This document shows positions 30,334 to 39,344 of a DNA stretch of 64,000 nucleotides, one piece after another. The stretch's first letter is position 1. Every line of letters begins with the position of its first letter. Under the pieces are notes generated by a model, which made no database searches, was not told the origin of the DNA, and saw only the letters and a list, made by a program, of their open reading frames with translations. The position numbers and the translations under genes were made by a program. Location: IMG/VR virus record IMGVR_UViG_3300042892_003674; one strand, 5' to 3'. This DNA is from a virus. Taxonomy: Duplodnaviria; Heunggongvirae; Uroviricota; Caudoviricetes.

Positions 30334-30559
30334 CTTCTACTATTGTTTTTTTAATTTTTAATATTGATTTTTGAACTATCTCTGGTGCAAAAACCATGAA
30401 ACTACCATCTTCACAAGTCAGATCAAAACTTCCGTTTGAATAAAACTGTCTCGCGATTTTAATTATATTATCATAATCTTCTTTAGATACAATAAATTTC
30501 TTACCAATAAACTCACCGAACTCATTGATAATAATCATTTGCATTTCAACTCTTCCCAT
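30320..30559 (-). CDS. hypothetical protein
   Basis: 79 aa ORF with ATATATA upstream. Confidence 0.5.
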   Translation of the reverse strand: MGRVEMQMIIINEFGEFIGKKFIVSKEDYDNIIKIARQFYSNGSFDLTCEDGSFMVFAPEIVQKSILKIKKTIVEDVQE

Positions 30560-30599
30560 ATGAATTATATATAGAAATAATTGTTTGTTGTTTTTAAAT

Positions 30600-30626
30600 A
30601 AAAAAGGGTATCAAATGATACCCTTT
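30600..30626 (-). terminator. intrinsic terminator
   Basis: AAAGGGTATCA-AA-TGATACCCTTT downstream of the AAA ATPase gene. Confidence 0.75.
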
Positions 30627-30632
30627 GTCTTA

Positions 30633-31769
30633 TTACTTAGTACTACCAGGCTTGTTGATTTTCTTGATAGTTACTAACAAATCTTGGAATTGTAACAAGA
30701 AACGTTTCAATTTTGGATTTGTCACATCTGCGATATTATCTAAGATGTGTAGTAAGTAAGCAGTTTTTTCATCATCACCTACTTGGTTCAAGAACTTCAC
30801 ACAGTTGTCAAGTTGTTTGTCAGATAACTTAGTGATATCCATTTCTCTTAAACTTTGGATAAGCTCAGAGTTTTTATCACGGTTGTATTTCTTCAAATCT
30901 TCCTTAACTTTTTCAAAGTTATTAAGTACGTCCATAATGTTGATATTCATCATATCTTCACAATATGTTACGAACTTCATTGCTGAGTTTCCGATGTAAC
31001 CAGCAGCTACTTCTTTCAACAAAGGCAAGAACTCTCTTGGAGAAGAACCCATACCGTAGTTTGCTACGATGAACTCGGACATCATAGTCCAAGAACGCGG
31101 GGTTGCGTACCCTTTAGCATTGTCACTTGTTTTGTACATATGCTCTGGGTGTGTGTTGATGTAAGACACAATCATTGGGTGTACATTTTCTGTTGCGAAA
31201 TCGTCAACCCACTCTTTTACATCTAAGGTGTGGTTGATGTGTACTAAACGGTTGTTTAGAGCACTATCGAATTCTTCAACGTCTGTTCCATCTTCATCAC
31301 CTAAGTTACCAGAAGACATCATAAGAACGTTTTCATTGAAACGGAAATCTGTACCGATTTGACGCTCTAACAAAATTTGAAGAGCCGCGTTACGAACTTG
31401 TTGAGAAGCTCTATTCAACTCTTCAAAGTGAATGATTGTTGGCTGTTTGTTAGCTTCGATAGCCCAACGAGGAACTACGAAATCTAAACATTTCACCATT
31501 TTACCATCAACCTCAATTTCTGTTACGTTCGGATACAAACCAACGTCAGTTTCGTCAACCATAGACAAACGAATGTCCATATATCTAAATCCCATTTTGT
31601 CTGCGATTGAACGACCAATCGCAGATTTTGCGATACCTGGTTTAGAGGTAATATTAAGAACACCGTACTTTGCCCACATAATGGCCATATACTTTCTCTC
31701 TTTTAAAGTTAGTAATGCTAACTTGTCAACCATTGTCTCAGGCATCAACTTTGAATTCTTGTCTGTCAT
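30633..31769 (-). CDS. MoxR-like AAA+ ATPase
   Basis: Walker A variant SKPGIAKS, Walker B IIHFEELNRA, SGN sensor, ALNNR, TPRSW. Confidence 0.85.
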   Translation of the reverse strand: MTDKNSKLMPETMVDKLALLTLKERKYMAIMWAKYGVLNITSKPGIAKSAIGRSIADKMGFRYMDIRLSMVDETDVGLYPNVTEIEVDGKMVKCLDFVVPRWAIEANKQPTIIHFEELNRASQQVRNAALQILLERQIGTDFRFNENVLMMSSGNLGDEDGTDVEEFDSALNNRLVHINHTLDVKEWVDDFATENVHPMIVSYINTHPEHMYKTSDNAKGYATPRSWTMMSEFIVANYGMGSSPREFLPLLKEVAAGYIGNSAMKFVTYCEDMMNINIMDVLNNFEKVKEDLKKYNRDKNSELIQSLREMDITKLSDKQLDNCVKFLNQVGDDEKTAYLLHILDNIADVTNPKLKRFLLQFQDLLVTIKKINKPGSTK

Positions 31770-31802
31770 ATTGAATTATTTATTTTTTATATTTTATTTC
31801 TA

Positions 31803-31810
31803 CAAATGTA
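31803..31810 (-). promoter_or_regulatory. Bacteroidota-type -7 promoter element
   Basis: TACATTTG on minus strand upstream of the ATPase. Confidence 0.6.
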
Positions 31811-31841
31811 TAACTTTTTTTTGAATAAAAAAGTCTTTTTA

Positions 31842-32015
31842 TTAAATTTTTTCGTTTCTTAATTTTGTACCTAGTTCAAAATCATTTGGTGTTTCTGCAA
31901 TTATTTTGGCTATTCTACCATCAACCGTCAGTTTACGTGCTTCACGTCCAAACTCCATATCGTTTGGATATTTATCTTTAAGCTCATTTAGCTTATAACA
32001 TTCACATAGTTTCAT
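31842..32015 (-). CDS. small protein with duplicated PND-x-E-x-G motif
   Basis: ATG at 32015; YPNDMEFGREAR and TPNDFELGTKLR. Confidence 0.55.
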   Translation of the reverse strand: MKLCECYKLNELKDKYPNDMEFGREARKLTVDGRIAKIIAETPNDFELGTKLRNEKI

Positions 32016-32016
32016 A

Positions 32017-32532
32017 TTATTTTTCGTATTTAGTGAAGTGCTCATCAAATTTACCATAGATCTCTTCTACAAATAGATTTTTTGATTTTAGTGTACCGAT
32101 ACCATTATCAGTAACAATCCAAATAATCGGTTTGATTTTACTAACATATTCTGCGATAGCTTCTGGAACATCACCATCTTGGTATTGTTTAGCCAAATCA
32201 TCAATTTTAACATAGTAGTTGTTACCAGTAGTACAAATATTTACATCTTTAATACAAGTGTAAAGTTGCCATTTACCAGGAAACATTTCTAATTCTAGAT
32301 TGATTAGATAATCTTCTTGAATTTTTAACTCTTCTCTATAATCATTTAATTGAGCATGATACTCAACCATTCTTTCTTTATTTTCTGGGATAGTGAAATC
32401 AATATCAGAGTCAAGTAGTTTATTAAAAACCTCTTGTTTCTCTTTTTCTGATTGAGCATCACTAAACTCTTGCTCGAAGGTATCGAGAGTATAACTTTCG
32501 TTATACTCTACACCTATTATTGTATCACTCAT
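32017..32532 (-). CDS. hypothetical protein
   Basis: 171 aa ORF in an operon. Confidence 0.55.
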   Translation of the reverse strand: MSDTIIGVEYNESYTLDTFEQEFSDAQSEKEKQEVFNKLLDSDIDFTIPENKERMVEYHAQLNDYREELKIQEDYLINLELEMFPGKWQLYTCIKDVNICTTGNNYYVKIDDLAKQYQDGDVPEAIAEYVSKIKPIIWIVTDNGIGTLKSKNLFVEEIYGKFDEHFTKYEK

Positions 32533-32535
32533 ATA

Positions 32536-33162
32536 TTATCCTTTGATTACTTCTACATTTTTAAGAGCAACTACTGGTTTAGTAGCGTCGATCATTTCAG
32601 AAACACTGTCTCCTAATTTAGCGAAGTTGTCGATAGTACCTTTAGCTACAGAGTAAGTAGTAACGGCTTTGATGATTTTTTCTTTGTCTCTTTCAGAGAT
32701 TTCAGCACTTTCTTCGATCAAACGAGAAAGAACTTCACCATATTTTTCAATCATATCGTTATCAAATGCGAAGGTAGTTTTCTCTTCAACTATGTCCTCA
32801 CCGTAAGCTTCTTGTAACTCGGTAGCACGATCTTCGTTGATAGTGATATATTTGTCTGTTGGTACAAACATAAATTGTGCAGTGTCGTCTAAGTCATTTA
32901 CAGACTCTAACATAACAGAACCTGGATTTTTACCAGTTCTATCGTATAATTTAGCCCACTCGTCTTTTGCTAAGTCTTTCAACTCGTCTGCAATCATATC
33001 AGCTTTAGCTTTGTCTCTCTTCATGTTATCTTGAAGTTGAGATAATCTAGCAACATTACCGAAGAAGTCTTCGTTATCAATTGTAATTCTTACTTTCTCG
33101 TCTTTACCTTTTGCTGCTTTTGCTGGTGCTACTGACTTTGCTTTTGCGAATAAATTTGCCAT
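32536..33162 (-). CDS. hypothetical protein, probably highly expressed early gene
   Basis: 208 aa; two tandem host-type promoters upstream; C-ending codon bias. Confidence 0.6.
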   Translation of the reverse strand: MANLFAKAKSVAPAKAAKGKDEKVRITIDNEDFFGNVARLSQLQDNMKRDKAKADMIADELKDLAKDEWAKLYDRTGKNPGSVMLESVNDLDDTAQFMFVPTDKYITINEDRATELQEAYGEDIVEEKTTFAFDNDMIEKYGEVLSRLIEESAEISERDKEKIIKAVTTYSVAKGTIDNFAKLGDSVSEMIDATKPVVALKNVEVIKG

Positions 33163-33202
33163 AGTGATATATTTTTTAGTGAGTGAGTTTTTATTTCTTC
33201 TA

Positions 33203-33233
33203 CAAAGATAAGGAATGTTTTTAATTCTACAAA
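33203..33233 (-). promoter_or_regulatory. Bacteroidota-type promoter (TTTG-N19-TATCTTTG)
   Basis: CAAAGATA 33203-33210 and CAAA 33230-33233 on + strand. Confidence 0.75.
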
Positions 33234-33293
33234 CTTTATTTGAAATTTATTTTTCTTTTTGTTTGTGAGATAGTGTTCCTCTCATTTGTTTTA

Positions 33294-33324
33294 CAAAGAT
33301 ACGGATATTTTTTTAACTACCAAA
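33294..33324 (-). promoter_or_regulatory. Bacteroidota-type promoter (TTTG-N19-TATCTTTG), tandem copy
   Basis: CAAAGATA 33294-33301 and CAAA 33321-33324 on + strand. Confidence 0.75.
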
Positions 33325-33342
33325 ATATAATATATACTTTTA

Positions 33343-34962
33343 ATGAAATATATTAAAACATACGAAGGTTTATTCAACTTCTTTAAAAAGAAGGAAACTG
33401 ATCCCAAAAAGATTGAGATTATAAAACTATGTAAAGAATATAACATTACTAAATATACTATCAATGATGATTATTCTATTGATGTAGATGGTCACGTGGA
33501 TTTAGCTAATAAAAACCTGACAAAAATTCCTATTAGGTTTAACAAAGTTACTGGTTATTTTAGTTGTGTCGGCAATCAGTTAGTTGATTTAGAAAATGCA
33601 CCAAGACGGGTTGAAAGAAACTTTATGTGTCAACACCAGTATCAAGGTTCATTTATATCTTTAAAAGGTGCACCTGATTATGTTGGGTTTAGATTTGACT
33701 TTAATGATAATGAGAACTTGAAAGATTTTACGGATTTTCCAACTTATGTAGGAGCAACAATAGACGCTAAATCAACTGGATTATACTCATTTGATTGTAT
33801 TCCGGTATCTGTTACTAAGGTTATTATTGACGAAGATACTCCATTATTCGTGATATTACGTTGTGTTTCGAGTCCTATTTTTCCTATTTTACAGAGAAAT
33901 GGCTGGAGAGAAATATTTATAGATACTAATGGTAAATCTTCTGAGGCAATAGAAACATTTAAAGCTTATGATCCAATACACCCACCTAAAAATGAAGGTG
34001 ATAAACCTATTTTATATATGGATAGATTTAGAATGCTTTTAGTAGAAGTAGAAAAGAAGTCAATGTCTAATTTACTTTATTCAAAAGATAGTGATACTTA
34101 TAGAATGCTTGAAAAACATTATGATATAAGAAATAATGAATATAAAATAGAAGAAGGATTATTTGATTATTTCAGTAAAGAAAGTAAAGATAAACGTAGT
34201 AAGACTAAACAGATTAAAGAAGGTCTTATTAAGCTAATAAATGAAAATAAGTTAAGAATTGATAATAACTGGTCTCGTACTTTAATCCCTATCAGTGGTA
34301 AGGGAAATACACAACTTAATACAAATGATGGTAAAATTTGGATAAACATAAATGATGATTTTACAGTAGATGTTGCAGGTAATGTTGGTATGCGTTTTGG
34401 TTATGACAAAGATTTACCTTGTAAGTTTAATAGAATAAATGGTAATTTCTTTATTGAGTTAAGCTTTTCTATCGATGATTTTATTGATAAATTTCCTGAA
34501 ACGGTTGAGGGTAAATTAAGTATAACTAACTGTGGTTTAGATTCATTAAAAAAAATACCAACTAAATATGTTGGTAAAGATTTTGTTTGTAATTCTAATA
34601 ATTTACAAACATTTGAAGGTTTACCAGAACATATTGTAGGTGATATTGATGCTGATTCAAATGACATTTACACTTGTGAATTTTTAGAAAATTTTGAAGG
34701 TGGTGTAAGCTTATATCTTAATCCTATCCAATATGTACAATTTAGTACTGGTAATTTTGTGCAGACATTACAAGAGGTGCTTACTAGTAATTCTGAAAGT
34801 GACATACCTGATCTTTTTAAATCTTGTGATCCAATTCATCCACCTTTAAAGAAAGGTGGGAAACCTATTCTTTATATTAATAGAATGGAAGCGTTTGCTA
34901 GTGAGTTAGATATAGAATTTCAGCTAAGAGATAGTATTAAACAATATTATGATGTGAGATAA
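33343..34962 (+). CDS. tandem-duplicated LRR-like repeat protein with capsid-targeting-like leader
   Basis: MKYIKTYEGLF; two homologous halves each with INDD-x-S/T-x-DV-x-G-x-V, F-x-C-xx-N-x-L and DPIHPP...KPILY...YD(I/V)R. Confidence 0.65.
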   Translation: MKYIKTYEGLFNFFKKKETDPKKIEIIKLCKEYNITKYTINDDYSIDVDGHVDLANKNLTKIPIRFNKVTGYFSCVGNQLVDLENAPRRVERNFMCQHQYQGSFISLKGAPDYVGFRFDFNDNENLKDFTDFPTYVGATIDAKSTGLYSFDCIPVSVTKVIIDEDTPLFVILRCVSSPIFPILQRNGWREIFIDTNGKSSEAIETFKAYDPIHPPKNEGDKPILYMDRFRMLLVEVEKKSMSNLLYSKDSDTYRMLEKHYDIRNNEYKIEEGLFDYFSKESKDKRSKTKQIKEGLIKLINENKLRIDNNWSRTLIPISGKGNTQLNTNDGKIWININDDFTVDVAGNVGMRFGYDKDLPCKFNRINGNFFIELSFSIDDFIDKFPETVEGKLSITNCGLDSLKKIPTKYVGKDFVCNSNNLQTFEGLPEHIVGDIDADSNDIYTCEFLENFEGGVSLYLNPIQYVQFSTGNFVQTLQEVLTSNSESDIPDLFKSCDPIHPPLKKGGKPILYINRMEAFASELDIEFQLRDSIKQYYDVR

Positions 34963-35454
34963 TTATAGTAATACATCTAACGCTTTTTCAACCTCAACAA
35001 ATCCTACTTGTGGGTTTACTTTAATAATCTTCCAATTTGGAAATATGTTTATTATATCAGAAACTTGATCATCAATAATAATAAATTTTCTAATTGGATT
35101 TTTGTCTAACCAATCTTGAATTTCTAAACCTCTATTACCAATTGGAATTGGACTACCTGCTTTAAGATGTCCTAATCCAGTTTTACCAATAACTTCACCA
35201 ATCACACCTCTATCTCTAAAGATTTTTTGAAGTTCTTCTAAAGATAAATGTATTCTCCAGTTTGAGGTAATAACAATCTTTGCACCAGTTAAGTAAATAA
35301 CTTCATTTAAGTTATCAACTAACTCTTTGCTAAATAAACGAGTTGTACCGTGGTATACAGGTTCATTGATTTTTTTGGACCATTCCAAATCACTTTTGTG
35401 AGTTCTTAGAACTCCGTCTATATCTAAAAAGATTATTTTTTTATTGAAGATCAT
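34963..35454 (-). CDS. HAD phosphatase, Swiss-army-knife RNA-repair type (HAD_SAK_2-like)
   Basis: IIFLDIDGVL, IVITSNWR, RGLEIQDWL, FIIIDD. Confidence 0.85.
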   Translation of the reverse strand: MIFNKKIIFLDIDGVLRTHKSDLEWSKKINEPVYHGTTRLFSKELVDNLNEVIYLTGAKIVITSNWRIHLSLEELQKIFRDRGVIGEVIGKTGLGHLKAGSPIPIGNRGLEIQDWLDKNPIRKFIIIDDQVSDIINIFPNWKIIKVNPQVGFVEVEKALDVLL

Positions 35455-35465
35455 ATTATTTTTTA

Positions 35466-35473
35466 CAAAGATA
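35466..35473 (-). promoter_or_regulatory. Bacteroidota-type -7 promoter element
   Basis: TATCTTTG on minus strand upstream of the HAD gene. Confidence 0.6.
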
Positions 35474-35525
35474 TGAAAAAGTATGATAATATTTAATATA
35501 TAGTATAATAAAAATAAAATATTAC

Positions 35526-36686
35526 ATGAGAAATCTGTATAAATTCATAGATTTTATAAAAGAAGAACTTAGAATTGATAAAATGAATTCTGAGGATTTA
35601 GAAAGAATAAAGATTGATTTATTAAAAAGAGTTGATGAATACAAAGTTTTCATATTAAATAATATCGAATACGATCTTAAAAATAATAAAATTGTTTATA
35701 AAGGATTTGAAGAAATAAATGTTGATTTAATAATAACTGAATTAAATAATGAATTTACCGCGGAAGTTATACAAGATTTAAACATTGAAACACTACTACA
35801 AAAAGTAAATCAACTTTTACAACTAAGAAGAAGAAATACTAAAAAGAATATCAGAAAACAATTCGATGAATTTGCTAAAACAATAGATCATAGAATATCT
35901 GTTATTAAAACTGGTGAAGAAGCTCAACACTTTGACGAATTTGAAGGAGAAAGTTCTATTATTAAAAGAAAAGAATTTGAGTCAGAAAAATATCATATAC
36001 AAGTAGAACTTTTGAAACTTCAAGAATGGGTAATAGCTAATAAAAAAAGAGTTGCTATAGTTTTTGAAGGTAGAGATTCTGCTGGAAAAGGATCAACAAT
36101 CAAAAGATTTATTGAGTATCTCAATCCAAAAGGTTTTAGAGTAGTTGCTTTAGGTGTTCCAACACCAGAAGAAAAAGAAAATTGGTTCGCAAGATATGAA
36201 GCTCAAATGCCAAAAGAAGGAGAAATAGTTTTCTTTGATAGATCTTGGTATAACAGAGCAGTTGTAGAACCTGCAATGGGTTATTGCACAGAAGAGCAAT
36301 ATCAAGATTTTATGAATAATGTTGTTAAGTGGGAAGAAAAGATGATAAGAAGACAAGAACTTTATTTAGTAAAATTGTGGTTCTCGATAACAAAAGAAAA
36401 ACAATTGAAACGTTTTGATCTAAGACAACAAAGTCCTTTAAAATACTGGAAGTTCTCTCCTAATGATGCAAAGGTTGTAGATAAATGGGATATAATAGGG
36501 AAATACAAAAATCAGATGTTTAATGTTACTTCAAGTAGAAAATCTCCTTGGGTAATAATAAACTCTAATGATAAGAAGATAGGAATGCTTAACGCAATGA
36601 GATACGTACTTTCTGAAATACCTTATGATGGTAAAAATAGAAAAATAAGTGAATACTATCCAGAAGTGGTAAGTGTATTAAAATAA
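35526..36686 (+). CDS. ppk2: polyphosphate kinase 2 with N-terminal extension and capsid-targeting-like leader
   Basis: FEGRDSAGKG, FDRSWYNRA, PLKYWKFSP, SPW motifs; starts MRNLYKFIDFIKEE. Confidence 0.92.
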   Translation: MRNLYKFIDFIKEELRIDKMNSEDLERIKIDLLKRVDEYKVFILNNIEYDLKNNKIVYKGFEEINVDLIITELNNEFTAEVIQDLNIETLLQKVNQLLQLRRRNTKKNIRKQFDEFAKTIDHRISVIKTGEEAQHFDEFEGESSIIKRKEFESEKYHIQVELLKLQEWVIANKKRVAIVFEGRDSAGKGSTIKRFIEYLNPKGFRVVALGVPTPEEKENWFARYEAQMPKEGEIVFFDRSWYNRAVVEPAMGYCTEEQYQDFMNNVVKWEEKMIRRQELYLVKLWFSITKEKQLKRFDLRQQSPLKYWKFSPNDAKVVDKWDIIGKYKNQMFNVTSSRKSPWVIINSNDKKIGMLNAMRYVLSEIPYDGKNRKISEYYPEVVSVLK

Positions 36687-36711
36687 AAAACTCTTTAAAA
36701 AAGAGTTTTTT
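36685..36711. terminator. bidirectional intrinsic terminator
   Basis: AAAAAACTCTTT-AAA-AAAGAGTTTTTT. Confidence 0.7.
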
Positions 36712-36716
36712 ATTTT

Positions 36717-36995
36717 TTAGTAATCATCATTATCATCAAAAGAGTCGTCTCCCCAACCTTCATCATCCCAATTGTCGTCTGAACCACGATCTAAATCTTC
36801 AAATACATCATTTTCTTCAAGAAGTTCTGCTAATTCATCAATTTCATTTTCATCTAAATCAATATCTTCTATTTTTAAAATGTCCCCGTTAAGATCATAT
36901 TCAATCTTTCCTTCATCTTTAAGTTCATTAAGTTTAGATAGAACTAATTTTCTATCAATACATTCGTCTAAGTTATAATACTCAAATAATTCCAT
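36717..36995 (-). CDS. small highly acidic protein
   Basis: 92 aa, Asp/Glu-rich. Confidence 0.55.
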   Translation of the reverse strand: MELFEYYNLDECIDRKLVLSKLNELKDEGKIEYDLNGDILKIEDIDLDENEIDELAELLEENDVFEDLDRGSDDNWDDEGWGDDSFDDNDDY

Positions 36996-37000
36996 AGTTT

Positions 37001-37744
37001 TTATTTATTTTTTAAAATTTTTGTAATCTCAGTTTCCGGTAACCTCGGTAAATCTTTATCTGCGGAGTACTTTGTAGCTATCCAAAACTTCTCTCCATCT
37101 TCCATATAAGTTACATCCATAAAATCACCATCAACCTTAACTTTTAGTGTAGTTTCAGTAATTTGTAATGGAATAATATCTGCTTTTGGATCAGAATTGT
37201 AATTTTCAATCTTTCTAACAAAGTTCCAATTATCTTTCTTATAAAATTCTTGGGCTAAAAGTTGTAAAAATTTAGATTTTTTTTTCATCACTTCATTCTT
37301 TCTTACACCGAATACATCTTTATAATTGAATCCTAAGGTAACGTGAAAGTCTATTTCATTAAGATCATATCTTTTTCTAACTGCTTCAAGTTTATCTGAA
37401 TTACAAACAATAAAGAAAGCTCTATTCTCATTACGAGTAGCTGTACCAATACCCATAAACTTTAAATCGTCTATTGGGTATTTAAAAATAATATCTAAAG
37501 AAGAAACAAATTTATCAATTCCTACTTCTTTACATATTTTATTATAATCTGTAACATTTATTACCGTGATATGGTATTCACCACTATCTCTTGTTTGTTG
37601 ATTCTCAGTAAATACATTGTAATCTTCTTCACCTAATACCTCTTTTAACTCATTTAGGTACAATTGTAGAGACTCATTTGGTATTTTGATACCAAGATAG
37701 TTGTTACCGATTACGTCTTTTAAATGTGTTATATAGTATGTCAT
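37001..37744 (-). CDS. 2H phosphoesterase (cyclic phosphodiesterase-like)
   Basis: Two HxT motifs: YHITV and FHVTLG. Confidence 0.8.
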   Translation of the reverse strand: MTYYITHLKDVIGNNYLGIKIPNESLQLYLNELKEVLGEEDYNVFTENQQTRDSGEYHITVINVTDYNKICKEVGIDKFVSSLDIIFKYPIDDLKFMGIGTATRNENRAFFIVCNSDKLEAVRKRYDLNEIDFHVTLGFNYKDVFGVRKNEVMKKKSKFLQLLAQEFYKKDNWNFVRKIENYNSDPKADIIPLQITETTLKVKVDGDFMDVTYMEDGEKFWIATKYSADKDLPRLPETEITKILKNK

Positions 37745-38151
37745 GGTTTAATTGTATTTATAATCTCTTTTACATATTCTTTCTTATAAGCAACTGGTAG
37801 TCGACCTGGTTTAAAAGATGGATGTGCTCCTTCTGGAACTTCCCAGTCTAAATTATCTTCTAAAATAGGTACATAAAATTCAAACTTAGATAAGTTTTGA
37901 CCTCTTTCACCACCAAATCTTTTAGTTTCTAATGCTACTGATTTGTTAGTACCAACCTCAGTTCTAAGTTTACTATAAAAATCATGAACTGGGCCTAACT
38001 TCATATTCTCACATGCTTTTATTAGATCAATAGTAGCAACTTTGGTCATTTTATAATTACCATAAGTAGGAGAAGTAACTTCAATTGTTTTTTCAAAGTC
38101 ACCTACTTCTATGTAATCATTATACATATCTCTAAATCTTCTTATTGCCAT
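37741..38151 (-). CDS. hypothetical protein with weak leader-like N-terminus
   Basis: starts MAIRRFRDMYND. Confidence 0.5.
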   Translation of the reverse strand: MAIRRFRDMYNDYIEVGDFEKTIEVTSPTYGNYKMTKVATIDLIKACENMKLGPVHDFYSKLRTEVGTNKSVALETKRFGGERGQNLSKFEFYVPILEDNLDWEVPEGAHPSFKPGRLPVAYKKEYVKEIINTIKP

Positions 38152-39329
38152 TATAATAGTTTCTTAAAGTTTTCTATTTCTAACCTTTTTATTTCTAGTC
38201 CTAATTGTACACCAGTAATACCTTTTGCCATCAATTCTTCCGCAGAAGTACTTGGTTTGTATTCTAAGAACTTAATCTTAACAGGATCATTTATCGAACT
38301 AACTTTTATCCATTCTAATATAGTTGTATCAGTGATAAAACATTGTTCTTTCTTTTTGAACATTTCAAATGCAGTCTCTGGTGTCAAAGTGTTGAAAGAT
38401 AATAAGAAAATTACTTTCTTAGCTATATCACCTTCTATTTTGTATCCTTGTACTAATTTATCTTCTAATCTGTTTAAAGGTTCGTTTTTAAATAAGTTAG
38501 CAATTACTACAACAAAGTCAGAAGATTTTACGAAGTCAGTGTTTATGTTAGCACCAGGAAAAACTTGGTCCCACATATCAAACTTAGTAAAGAAGTTCAA
38601 GTAGTAGTTGAAATCTTTAGCTTGTTTCCAAGCTTTCTTAATTTCTTCCCAAACTCTTTCTTGAGAAATTCTTTTCATTTCACCAGTTTCTAGGTCAATG
38701 TTTTCTAATTGTTTTCTTTTCGCAATCGCTGCTTCAGTATCTTTATGTAATGGGTGTTCGTATCTTGAAGCAAATCTAAATGCTCTCAAAATTCTTAAAC
38801 TATCTTCGTCAAATCTTTCAATAGGATCACCTACCATTCTTGTTATACCAGCTTCTAAGTCGCCTTTACCGCCAACTAAATCAACTATTTCTCTTTTATC
38901 AAGATCGTAGAATAAAGAGTTGTATGTTAAGTCTCTTCGTTTAACATCATCTTCAATTGTTACTCCTAATTTAACTTCTGGGTTTCTACCTTTAGAAACA
39001 TCTTCTCTAAAAGTTGCGATTTCCATTCCTTCTGGAACTTCTTTAGTGAAAACAACTACAACACCGAATGCTTTACCTTGTAAGTTAGTTCTGTATGTTT
39101 TGCCAACAATGTCAATAACTTCATCAGGAAGTGCGTCGGTTGCTAAGTCAAAGTCTTTTGGTTTATCTCCAGTTAAAAAATCACGTACTGATCCACCAAC
39201 AAGGTAAAGTTTTTTACCGTGTTCTTTAAATAGTTCGTTAAGGTCTTTTACTGATTGTGGAATTATATCCCACATATCTTTTGGTTGTATTGATTCCAAG
39301 AATTTATTATATTTAGTAATTAGTTTCAC
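38151..39329 (-). CDS. cca: CCA tRNA nucleotidyltransferase / poly(A) polymerase family enzyme with capsid-targeting-like leader
   Basis: LVGGSVRD, DFDLAT, EIATFR, RRDLTYNSL, EDSLRILRAFRF, ISQERV; starts MKLITKYNKFLES (GTG). Confidence 0.88.
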   Translation of the reverse strand: MKLITKYNKFLESIQPKDMWDIIPQSVKDLNELFKEHGKKLYLVGGSVRDFLTGDKPKDFDLATDALPDEVIDIVGKTYRTNLQGKAFGVVVVFTKEVPEGMEIATFREDVSKGRNPEVKLGVTIEDDVKRRDLTYNSLFYDLDKREIVDLVGGKGDLEAGITRMVGDPIERFDEDSLRILRAFRFASRYEHPLHKDTEAAIAKRKQLENIDLETGEMKRISQERVWEEIKKAWKQAKDFNYYLNFFTKFDMWDQVFPGANINTDFVKSSDFVVVIANLFKNEPLNRLEDKLVQGYKIEGDIAKKVIFLLSFNTLTPETAFEMFKKKEQCFITDTTILEWIKVSSINDPVKIKFLEYKPSTSAEELMAKGITGVQLGLEIKRLEIENFKKLL

Positions 39330-39344
39330 AAAGATACATTATTT

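Noticed and set aside
39329-39336. TAnnTTTG promoter upstream of the CCA enzyme
   Set aside because: The motif overlaps the GTG start itself and lacks the TTTGTA context of the others; probably coincidental unless a downstream start is used.
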